A stretch of DNA of 25,378 nt from Promethearchaeota archaeon (GTDB lineage Archaea; Asgardarchaeota; Lokiarchaeia; Sigyniarchaeales; SOKP01), in NCBI GenBank assembly GCA_029838195.1, contig JALGVJ010000046.1:1-25378 (forward strand). The letters are read 5' to 3'. Shown one piece after another: positions 1-7,913 of the stretch (positions are counted from its first letter, which is position 1; each line of letters opens with the position of its first letter). The position numbers were made by a program, and so were the translations under genes. Under the pieces are notes generated by a model that worked only from the letters and a program-made list of their open reading frames with translations, was not told the origin of the DNA and made no database searches.

Positions 1-63
1 CGGATTACATGCGAGAGCCGACAAATCTGCGCTTGCTATAATCCCGATTTTTGTCGCCCTTAA
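1..63 (+). CDS. Possible 3' end of an upstream gene (partial), Cys-rich tail
   Basis: Frame 1 is open from base 1 to TAA at 61-63 and reads RITCESRQICACYNPDFCRP*. It is more GC-rich than the following intergenic DNA. Too short to assign. Confidence 0.4.
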   Translation, partial: RITCESRQICACYNPDFCRP

Positions 64-115
64 AGTTAAAAGATTTAAAAATCAAGCTAAATTATAAACT
101 TAAAAATACCCTCTT

Positions 116-772
116 ATGATTCCATGGAGTTTAGAAAAAATAAAAAATATTTATGATAAAGCAGCCTTATTTCCACAGATGCTTTATTTGGATGCTTTTT
201 TTGGAGGGGTTTCCTCTAATTCCATGCTCAGGAAAAATGCCGTGAAATTACTTAGGTTAAAAAAAGATGATAAAGTGCTTGATGTAGCATGTGGAATTGG
301 ATTTAATTTTAATCTGATTCGCAAACATCTCGGTAAAGAAGGATTGCTCATAGGATTAGATATTTCTCGAAAATCACTAGAATTTGCTAACGCTATTATT
401 CATAAAAAGGGATGGAAAAATGTAAATTTAATTAATAAGGATATATTAAAATATGCACCGGATTTTCATTTCGACGCTATCATTTCCACTTGTGCATTAG
501 AAATAGTTCCTAATCCCGAAAAAACTATTGATAAAATCTATTCTTTATTGAAAAATAATGGAAATTTCTCAATGATTGGAATGAAAACTAGTGATGTCAT
601 GCCCTTTAAATTGATTAACAAGCAATATGAAAAATTTTCTGAGCTTGTGGGGATAGATTATCACAGAAACATTAAAAAATATATTTATTCTAAATTTCAA
701 AAAATTAACTATGATTCGGAGTTTTATTTTGGATTCTACTATATTCTTAGTGCTAAAAAAATATCTGATTAA
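116..772 (+). CDS. Class I SAM-dependent methyltransferase (UbiE/Methyltransf_11-like)
   Basis: 218 aa with motif I VLDVACGIG, acidic residue after beta2 (GLDIS), FDAII strand and 'LLKNNG' post-II motif. Confidence 0.88.
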   Translation: MIPWSLEKIKNIYDKAALFPQMLYLDAFFGGVSSNSMLRKNAVKLLRLKKDDKVLDVACGIGFNFNLIRKHLGKEGLLIGLDISRKSLEFANAIIHKKGWKNVNLINKDILKYAPDFHFDAIISTCALEIVPNPEKTIDKIYSLLKNNGNFSMIGMKTSDVMPFKLINKQYEKFSELVGIDYHRNIKKYIYSKFQKINYDSEFYFGFYYILSAKKISD

Positions 773-1206
773 TTATACTATTTTTAAGAGTTTATTCATG
801 AATTAAAATTTTAAAAAATTTAATATCAGAAAAAATGTGGACTTTTTAAAAAGTTAATCAGAATTTATTCTATAATAAGTAAGAAGGTTAATGAGCAAAT
901 ATCATATTAATTGAATTATGAATTCATGATTACCGCGTTAATTAGCAGTTAATTCTTTCTATATATTATCTTCTTTAAATTTAATAAATTGAAATATCAA
1001 TAATATATATCTTAAAACGAAATCATAATAAATTTAAATACAATAAAAATTCTCAAAAAACGGTAAATTTATTAAGGAACCATAGAATTATGCTTCCAAT
1101 TATCTCATTATTTTTTGTATTATTTAGATTTTAATACTTTTATTTCTCATCAAAACAAATAGAAGCTTTTACTATAAATCTAAGATTAAAAAGCCTCCGG
1201 GGGGAT

Positions 1207-1236
1207 TTGTTCCAAAAGAGAGTGTTTCTCTTTCAT
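1207..1236 (-). other. Non-canonical T-loop tRNA intron with strict BHB motif
   Basis: Central helix GUUC/GAAC flanked by two AAA bulges. Outer helix U-G plus GAAAGAGA/UCUCUUUU closes an AACAC loop. Cleavage after the 2nd bulge nt places it at 58/59. Confidence 0.88.
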
Positions 1237-1257
1237 TTGAACCCCCGACCTGCTGAT

Positions 1258-1277
1258 TTCCTTATCTTATTAAGAAA
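1258..1277 (-). other. Canonical-position anticodon-loop tRNA intron (relaxed BHB)
   Basis: TTTCTTAATAAGATAAGGAA inserted one base 3' of anticodon TGT. It has an internal UCUU/AAGA hairpin and pairs imperfectly with C32-G35. Confidence 0.88.
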
Positions 1278-1572
1278 TACAAGTCAGCTGCTATACCGCT
1301 AAGCCACGGAGGCAAAGTTTAAATCAATTTAAATGAGAAATGACAATCTTACATCCTTCAATATCAAGATTAATAATAAAGAATAAATTTTTAATTTTTG
1401 GTTTTACATGAGGTCTTAAAACGAGGTCTTGAATGAAAATAGAGCCTCTAAGATATGGGTGTGAATTTTAGAGAATTTTAATAAAATCATTATATTTTTC
1501 TCTTACATCTTGTTCGAAAGATTTTTAGAAAGCGATTCATCAATTTTTTTAAAAATGAGTGGATGAGTAATT

Positions 1573-1582
1573 AAAAAAAAAA
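1573..1582 (-). terminator. Oligo-T tract (T10), candidate archaeal intrinsic terminator of the sulfatase-like gene
   Basis: A10 run on + strand 6 nt beyond the stop codon at 1589. Confidence 0.4.
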
Positions 1583-1588
1583 TATTGA

Positions 1589-3061
1589 TTAACATTTGGG
1601 ATTTTTTACTAAGGTTTTCGCCACGGGCGTGCATCCTAATAAATCTTTAAATTTACGCATGAAATCCATATCGATTGGTTCTTTTGCATCTTTCCATGCC
1701 ATTTCTAACAATTCTCGGGCTTTATCCGGAGCTTCCATGATCATGTCCTTCTCGAGATGAGGATCTTTTTTTACATCGAATAAGCTTCCTTCTTCTATAT
1801 CCCAAATATATCCATTATACCAATAATCTCCATCATATACTGCCACGGAGCCTCCCCAAGCAATTGTCACGTGGTCATGATAAATTAGATCCTTCTCTTG
1901 GACTAATGGTAGTAAATCTTGCCCATCCATGTCTTTTACACTAACGCCACATGCTTTCGCAATGGTAGCTGCGATATCATGGTGATAGCAAAACTTATCG
2001 CACGTTTTTCCGCTCCCTTCACCCCCTGGAAATCGAATCATTGCCACTAAATCCGCTACTTCTCTTCCCAGCGGATTTGCAGCTTTAGCAATGAGTCCAT
2101 GCTCTCCTAACATGTGTCCGTGGTCTGAAACAACGACAATTATAGAGTCATCCCAGATACCGATTCGCTTAATATAATCAATAAAATATCCAAACCACGT
2201 ATCAACAAGGGAAACTTCTCCCGCATATCTTGTTCTTAGATTTTTTAATTCTTTTTCGGTGATCATGGTTGCGGGGCCGTAGAGAGAATGGCATATTTTT
2301 CTGCAGCCTTTTTCCCAATCGGGATCTTTTTCATACATTCGAATATAGTGGAGAGGTGGGTTCCATGGCTCGTGTGGGTCAAAGGATTCCACGGTAATGA
2401 AGCCTTTGCCCGCAGAAAGGACTTCGTAATTCATATCTAACCATTCTCCTGCTGCTCGAAATACTTGTGCAGTAAAAGTATCCGCTTCAGAGCGCCACCA
2501 GCGCGTGTTTTGTAAGAACTTGCGCATCATGGTTTGGGCAAACACGGAACCGGCAGAAATTCCATCTTTTTTAGTGGTGAGATATTCCTTAAGAATTTCA
2601 TCGGGGATGCGGGGTCCGGATAAAAAAGAATCTTCTTCTTGTCCACGAATCCACATCCACTGGTCAAAACCCCGATGAAAATTATATCCGGGTTTGAATT
2701 GATGATACACATCTGAAAATAAAGCCGAGGTGTACTTTTTTCGCTTGAATCGCTCAGATAACGTATCATTTAATTCGGAAATATTGCCCCATCCAGGAGC
2801 GCCTAATGCATCGCCTATAAAATCGCCTCGTCCGGCTTTAGTAAGTCCTATTTTATCTTCAGTAAAAGGATAGACCCGTTTTCCCGTGTAGATTGCTTTT
2901 CGAGCGGGAAGGGTGGGGAGAGAATCAGGATACATTCGAGTAAATTTAACGGCTTCTTTAGCAAACTTGTCCAGATTAGGTGTTTTAATCCAATCATTTC
3001 CATAGCACCCCACGTGATCTTGTCGTAAAGTATCTAATATAATGAGAATTGCATTTACCAC
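1589..3061 (-). CDS. Sulfatase-like hydrolase/transferase (alkaline phosphatase superfamily)
   Basis: 490 aa, GTG start. Motifs NAILIILDTLRQDH, KTPNLD, PTLPARKAIYTG (sulfatase signature with Thr), FDPHEPW, VSDHG. Confidence 0.92.
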   Translation of the reverse strand: MVNAILIILDTLRQDHVGCYGNDWIKTPNLDKFAKEAVKFTRMYPDSLPTLPARKAIYTGKRVYPFTEDKIGLTKAGRGDFIGDALGAPGWGNISELNDTLSERFKRKKYTSALFSDVYHQFKPGYNFHRGFDQWMWIRGQEEDSFLSGPRIPDEILKEYLTTKKDGISAGSVFAQTMMRKFLQNTRWWRSEADTFTAQVFRAAGEWLDMNYEVLSAGKGFITVESFDPHEPWNPPLHYIRMYEKDPDWEKGCRKICHSLYGPATMITEKELKNLRTRYAGEVSLVDTWFGYFIDYIKRIGIWDDSIIVVVSDHGHMLGEHGLIAKAANPLGREVADLVAMIRFPGGEGSGKTCDKFCYHHDIAATIAKACGVSVKDMDGQDLLPLVQEKDLIYHDHVTIAWGGSVAVYDGDYWYNGYIWDIEEGSLFDVKKDPHLEKDMIMEAPDKARELLEMAWKDAKEPIDMDFMRKFKDLLGCTPVAKTLVKNPKC

Positions 3062-3619
3062 GAGCGGTCACCAGCCAAGATTTTTAATTCACTTGTTCTT
3101 GATTGATTCACTATTTTTGAGCTATATTTCATTTTATTACCTCTATTTCATGAAGATATTATTTAATGTATTGTATGAATGAGAAAATAATTGAAAAAAT
3201 AAAGATATTTCTTTAACCATTGAAAATTAAAAGGAGCATGATTAATTTTTTAAAAGGCGTGATGATGTTTGTTAAGGAAAATGAAATGTAATAAGAAAGG
3301 ATAGAAAATTGATATTATCATGGCTAAACGAGAGAAATTTTAGAGATTTTCTATTTATCCTACTCATGTATAATAAGATTTGAATTAGTGGAAGTGGGAA
3401 CTCTTTGATTAGCTTTTTATCAGTTAGATGTATTTTGATTTCATGTTCATGCTGAGTTATTAAATAAAAATTTTGATTGGTTTAGAAGAAAATAAGGAAT
3501 TCTCTTTAAGATGAAATAAAAAAAAGAGGCGTAAATGTTAAAAGTAAATCTTTCTTAATTTTAAAACAAGAATAACATGATCGGTTTCAATAAAATATAA
3601 GTACATTATCTTAACAATC

Positions 3620-3982
3620 ATGCCATTTACAAAAGAAGATGTAGAGATCTTGGCATATAGGAGGTATATAAGTAACGAAGCCTATGAAAAATCCGTTTGG
3701 TATTTAGCAGAGCTGTGTGTCACGATCAACAAGAATATTAAAAATGGATATGATGTTAAACCCTTAGAAACCGATAATCTAATTTTATTATTGAATGAAA
3801 ACGTCAATGGCGAATTACTCAAGCCAACCGAAGAGGAAATTAGAGAATTAGCCGAGAGAATTTATCATGAAAATCCCTCTAAAAGTGAACTCCATTGGTA
3901 TATCGCCGAAAAAACTTTATTATTAAAAGAAATCGGGAATCTCATTAAATCGAATTCGCAATCGAAGAAAAAAGAGACCTGA
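3620..3982 (+). CDS. Hypothetical protein with two internal DUF2934-like helical repeats
   Basis: 120 aa. Residues 4-31 and 70-97 align without gaps (T.E....LA.R.Y..N.......WY.AE). Confidence 0.75.
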   Translation: MPFTKEDVEILAYRRYISNEAYEKSVWYLAELCVTINKNIKNGYDVKPLETDNLILLLNENVNGELLKPTEEEIRELAERIYHENPSKSELHWYIAEKTLLLKEIGNLIKSNSQSKKKET

Positions 3983-4083
3983 TTATAAAAGTGATCTCTT
4001 TAAATCAAGGAGGAAGCGCCAGTTCATTCATGTATTAAAGAATTCCCCAAAAGCTCACGAAAAGGTTAACATGGAATGAATTA

Positions 4084-5460
4084 TTATTGGGTAGCTGCCG
4101 TCATGTTAACATCTTTAATTTTAATTGCTGGCAGAAATGTTGGTGTGGGAACTTCCCACCATTTTATTTGAATGATTTTTTTTCCGATGGCCTCAATCCT
4201 GTTGAGCATTCCATGGATGTTATCAGAGATTCTCAATTTTTCAACGGGTTTAAGGATCTTGCCCCTTTGGATTAAAAACATGCCATCACGAGGAATCGTG
4301 GAAAAAGACCCTTCTAGCATGTTCGTGAAACGCGTGTACCAATTAGAAGTCACATAGATCGTAGGCTTTCTACTCTCATGAATCATTTCTTCAAAATGAT
4401 AATCCCCCTCTTTAAAAACGATATTGGAAGGTGCTGGAGCCAAGAACTTCGAACCAATTCCTAGCGAATAGAATGTAGAATTACCGGTGGTTTTGGAACC
4501 AAATTGCTTGGCGGTTGATGTGTTATGTAAGATTCCCTTGAGAAAACCATTCTCAATTAAAGTAGTCTTACCGGAAGGTGTTCCTTCCACGTCAAATGGA
4601 TGACTATGTAACCCTTCCTTTAATAATGCATCGTCCCAAATAGTTAGACTTTCATGAGCAATTTTTTTCCCGATGTCTTCAATTTTAATGGGGCTCATTC
4701 CAATCATCATTAAGAGAGGTTGGGCAGCATTGGTGAGTTGACCGAAAACGTTTGCGGCCACCGTCGGGCTCATGATGAGATCATAAATTCCCGCTTTTCC
4801 TTGAGTACCTCCCTCTGCCATTCTTGCTATATCTTTAGCATGATTAGCGGCATTCGAGAGTTTTTTATCAATATTATCTAAATTTCTCCCGCAAGCTATT
4901 CCTTGACCGCTGCTGCGCTCATCGGCAAAGGCCCTGATTGTAAATTGGTAATAGGAACTTTCATGAGTCCCTTTCACGTCATGACTCGTCAATAAATTGG
5001 TAGAAAAGTATCCAAAATAAAATACACCAGCCAATTTTTTAATTCCACTGACTTTAGAAGCATTTAATGCAGAATTGATGTATTCCGCTGCTTTTTCCGG
5101 GAAATCAAAAATTCTTTTATCCAAGAAATCTTTCATGGATGAATAAGAATGCTGTTGAGTCTCCATTCCATTATATAAATTGCTTCTTGGTACTTTCGAA
5201 AGATATTTCACCGTTCTTGAAAGGGTTTTTTCAATTTTTTTCGGAGTAGGGGCTTCTACATCCACTTGGGTTGTTTTTTGTTCTTTTACTAAAAATAATT
5301 CTAATAGATTCTCATTCCATTCTTTAGAAATATCAATTGCAGAATTAGAAAAGCGAATCTGGTAATTAGTTCCTTCTTTTCTCAATGCGATGATCTCATC
5401 CATGCCCATTTTAAGTGCTAAATTAATGGTAAATTCCAATATATCTTCGTTATTATTCAT
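4084..5460 (-). CDS. pmbA: PmbA/TldE family protein (non-catalytic partner of TldD)
   Basis: Motifs IRFSNS, PFDVEGTP, LIENGFLK, NWYTRF, DGMFLI and no HExxH. Start moved from 5553 to ATG 5460 (MNNNED), 2 nt after the tldD stop. Confidence 0.9.
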   Translation of the reverse strand: MNNNEDILEFTINLALKMGMDEIIALRKEGTNYQIRFSNSAIDISKEWNENLLELFLVKEQKTTQVDVEAPTPKKIEKTLSRTVKYLSKVPRSNLYNGMETQQHSYSSMKDFLDKRIFDFPEKAAEYINSALNASKVSGIKKLAGVFYFGYFSTNLLTSHDVKGTHESSYYQFTIRAFADERSSGQGIACGRNLDNIDKKLSNAANHAKDIARMAEGGTQGKAGIYDLIMSPTVAANVFGQLTNAAQPLLMMIGMSPIKIEDIGKKIAHESLTIWDDALLKEGLHSHPFDVEGTPSGKTTLIENGFLKGILHNTSTAKQFGSKTTGNSTFYSLGIGSKFLAPAPSNIVFKEGDYHFEEMIHESRKPTIYVTSNWYTRFTNMLEGSFSTIPRDGMFLIQRGKILKPVEKLRISDNIHGMLNRIEAIGKKIIQIKWWEVPTPTFLPAIKIKDVNMTAATQ

Positions 5461-5462
5461 GA

Positions 5463-6911
5463 TTAAATTCCTCCTAATCGGATATTTCGCATTCTTACAT
5501 GAGGGCCTCCCAACCACACGGGAACCCCTTGCATGGGATCTCCCTTTCCGCAAATTCCTAAAGGGAATTCCCCATCACGAGATACAGCATCAATGCTTTT
5601 TAAAATTCCGGGAGTAGTTAATTCTAAAATGGGTCTTCGTACCAAGACATTGGTCAGCGTTCCATTTTCGATGAGATAAGCCTCTAACCCCACGTATTTG
5701 CTTTGGAATCTTCTATCATCTATATTCCATTCAGTAAAGCTTTTCAAATAAACCCCCTTTTTAATGTCTTCAAACAATTCTTCTTTAGTGAAATCTCCCG
5801 GTTCAAAGAACGTGTTTGCCATGCGACATAAAGGTTCACTCCTGTAGTTCATGGAACGAGCTGCTGCATTGGATTGTGTGTTGAATTTAAATGCATGTTC
5901 TCTATTCAAGAGAAATTCATTTAATTTACCATTTTTGATGAGATATCTAGGACGCGCTTTCACGCACTCATCATCATAAAGATAATAGCCGGAACTTCCG
6001 GGAAGCGTAGGATCATCGATAACGGAAACGCAATCATTTCCCATCTTGATTTCTCCTAATGTCCCGTCTTTGAGAAGATCTGCATAAAAAGATTCACCGG
6101 CCTGCGCACCTTCACGCCCTAATATCCTATCCGCCTCGCTAGGATGTCCTACATTCTCATGGGCAATAATGCCCGAAATTTCTCCACTAATGACGACATC
6201 TACTTTATCTAATTTCATTTCGATGGCATTTCGTGCAGCCTTAATAAGAACTGCATTATCCTCTACAATTTTTTTATCTATTTCGTTTTCGATGAGCCAT
6301 TCCCAACCACCCGCTGCTCCCAAAGTCAGCATTCTTTGTTCCGTGCCTCCTTTTCCTTTCGCAGTGTTAAAGGAATGAAAAGAGATGAGAGAATGTTCTG
6401 ATTCTACTTGGGAACCATCACTATTAGCGATATATTTCTGCTCAGAATATAAATGTAATAAACACGTGCGGGTGGGCAATTTGAGTCGAAACCTTTGATT
6501 TAGTTCTTTATCAAGCTCAATAATGAATTGTTGCTTTTCTTCCAAGGAAATATTTTTAAATTTTATTTTTACGGGGGTTTTCCATTTAGTATTGACCGTT
6601 TTTTCCTCAGATAATTTAATAGCATCCTTTCGTTTGCTTACTTTAGCATGTTTAATGGCCTCCTTTATTAATTTTTCCAGATTTGCTCTCTCTAACTTGG
6701 GTGTCGATACAAAACTCATGCCGCCATTAACTAGAACTCGAATGCCCAATCCTTCAAGAGAGGTCATGCCAGCACCCAATATTACACCATTTCTTGCTGC
6801 AAGGCTCTCATCCTCAGAGAAAATATATCGTGCCTCGCTATAGGTGGCTCCCAAGGATAGGGCATGGTCAACGGCAAAGTCTGCTAAATCTTTTCCATAT
6901 TCCAATTCCAT
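5463..6911 (-). CDS. tldD: TldD family metalloprotease
   Basis: 482 aa with HENVGHPSEAD (HExxGH), YDDEC, RMANTFF and C-terminal CGKG plus VPVWLGGPH motifs. Confidence 0.93.
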   Translation of the reverse strand: MELEYGKDLADFAVDHALSLGATYSEARYIFSEDESLAARNGVILGAGMTSLEGLGIRVLVNGGMSFVSTPKLERANLEKLIKEAIKHAKVSKRKDAIKLSEEKTVNTKWKTPVKIKFKNISLEEKQQFIIELDKELNQRFRLKLPTRTCLLHLYSEQKYIANSDGSQVESEHSLISFHSFNTAKGKGGTEQRMLTLGAAGGWEWLIENEIDKKIVEDNAVLIKAARNAIEMKLDKVDVVISGEISGIIAHENVGHPSEADRILGREGAQAGESFYADLLKDGTLGEIKMGNDCVSVIDDPTLPGSSGYYLYDDECVKARPRYLIKNGKLNEFLLNREHAFKFNTQSNAAARSMNYRSEPLCRMANTFFEPGDFTKEELFEDIKKGVYLKSFTEWNIDDRRFQSKYVGLEAYLIENGTLTNVLVRRPILELTTPGILKSIDAVSRDGEFPLGICGKGDPMQGVPVWLGGPHVRMRNIRLGGI

Positions 6912-6951
6912 GAACCTATTTTTTTAAAAAGAATTAGAAGAGGGTAATCCA

Positions 6952-7905
6952 TCATGTTAAAATAGGTTTACTAATTTTAAAATCAATTTTTTTCATTAAA
7001 GACCCATGTTTCTCACGGATTTGCTTTAAATGCGCTTGTAATTGGTTTATTTCAAGTTTTTGGACCTTTAAGGGATATTCTCTCCCAAGCATTTTATATT
7101 TCTGAACTCCAAATTCATGATAAGGGATCAATTCAAAAGATTTGACACCCAATTCGACTAATTGAGTAAGATATTTATCTAATTCGCTGGGGATGTTAAT
7201 GAAATTATAGCCAGGAATCACGGGAACTCTGACGATTAAATCACCCTCATGTTCCAAGCAATATTTTAAATTCTTCAAGATTAATTCATTAGATTTGCCC
7301 GTCAATTGTTCATGACGCTTATCATCCAAGCATTTCACGTCATAAAGGAAAAGATCCACAAGAGACATTATCTCTTTAAGTTTTTTAGTCTCTACGTATC
7401 CCGTGGTATCCAAACACGTGTGTAATCCAAACTCGTGGGCTCTCTTTAAAAATTCTTTTATAAAATTGAATTGAAGCAATGGTTCACCCCCCGATAACGT
7501 CACGCCCCCTCCAGATTGTTCAAAAAATACTTTGTCAGATAACACTTCCTTCATGATATCTTCGACACTCATGTATTGTCCACAGATTTCTAATGCTTTA
7601 GAATCACACGTCTTCACGCATTCTTCACATAAATTACATTTATTTCTATCAATTATAATGATTTCTTTTGAATATGTAATGGCATTTAACGAACAAGAAT
7701 TTACACACTTGTTACAATTTTTATCATGGATGCATTGAAATTCTCTAAAAAGAATTTCGGGAAAGGGTTTAATCCCTTCAGGATTGTGGCACCACTTGCA
7801 ATACAAGGGACATCCTTTAAAAAAAATAGTGGCTCGTATGCCGGGGCCATCATGTAAAACAAAATGCTGGATATTAAAAATTAACCCTTTTTCTTTTCCG
7901 GTCAT
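6952..7905 (-). CDS. Glycyl-radical enzyme activating enzyme (radical SAM, with 2x[4Fe-4S] ferredoxin-like insert)
   Basis: HDGPGIR, FFKGCPLYCKWCHNPE (Cx3Cx2C), insert Cx5Cx2Cx3C and Cx2Cx2Cx3C, GGVTLSGGEP, LIPYH. Start chosen at ATG 7905 (MTGKEK), 8 nt after the GRE stop. Confidence 0.95.
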   Translation of the reverse strand: MTGKEKGLIFNIQHFVLHDGPGIRATIFFKGCPLYCKWCHNPEGIKPFPEILFREFQCIHDKNCNKCVNSCSLNAITYSKEIIIIDRNKCNLCEECVKTCDSKALEICGQYMSVEDIMKEVLSDKVFFEQSGGGVTLSGGEPLLQFNFIKEFLKRAHEFGLHTCLDTTGYVETKKLKEIMSLVDLFLYDVKCLDDKRHEQLTGKSNELILKNLKYCLEHEGDLIVRVPVIPGYNFINIPSELDKYLTQLVELGVKSFELIPYHEFGVQKYKMLGREYPLKVQKLEINQLQAHLKQIREKHGSLMKKIDFKISKPILT

Positions 7906-7913
7906 GACCCAAA

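Larger units (their letters stand above)
1192..1313 (-). tRNA. trnT: tRNA-Thr(UGU) with two introns (20 nt at ~37/38; 30 nt at 58/59); CCA not encoded
   Basis: Minus strand: GCCTCCG TG GCTT AGCGGTA TAGC A GCTGA CTTGTA[intron 1277-1258]A TCAGC AGGTC GGGGG TTCAA[intron 1236-1207]AT CCCCC CGGAGGC T. Removing both inserts gives a 72-nt cloverleaf with perfect acceptor, anticodon and T stems and discriminator U73, as usual for archaeal tRNA-Thr. Confidence 0.95.

Noticed and set aside
773-1191. AT-rich DNA beside the tRNA 3' end as a possible integrated element; 14-bp palindrome ACTTTTTAAAAAGT at 841-854
   Set aside because: No duplicated tRNA 3' fragment (att) or integrase in the window. Such palindromes are expected in poly-A/T-rich DNA.
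1410-1430. Direct repeat GAGGTCTT x2 upstream of the tRNA
   Set aside because: Only two 8-bp copies, not CRISPR-like, and no other support for an operator.
2527-2769. 80-aa alternative-frame ORF inside the sulfatase-like gene
   Set aside because: Nested in a well-supported CDS with no recognisable motifs.
3062-3619. 558-bp divergent intergenic region as possible ncRNA or small gene
   Set aside because: AT-rich, with no stable GC stem or convincing ORF seen.
5461-5553. Extended N-terminus of the PmbA ORF
   Set aside because: Overlaps the conserved tldD C-terminus. ATG 5460 gives a normal operon junction.
4087-7738. Short + strand ORFs antisense to pmbA, tldD and the activase
   Set aside because: Shadow ORFs of strongly supported minus-strand genes.
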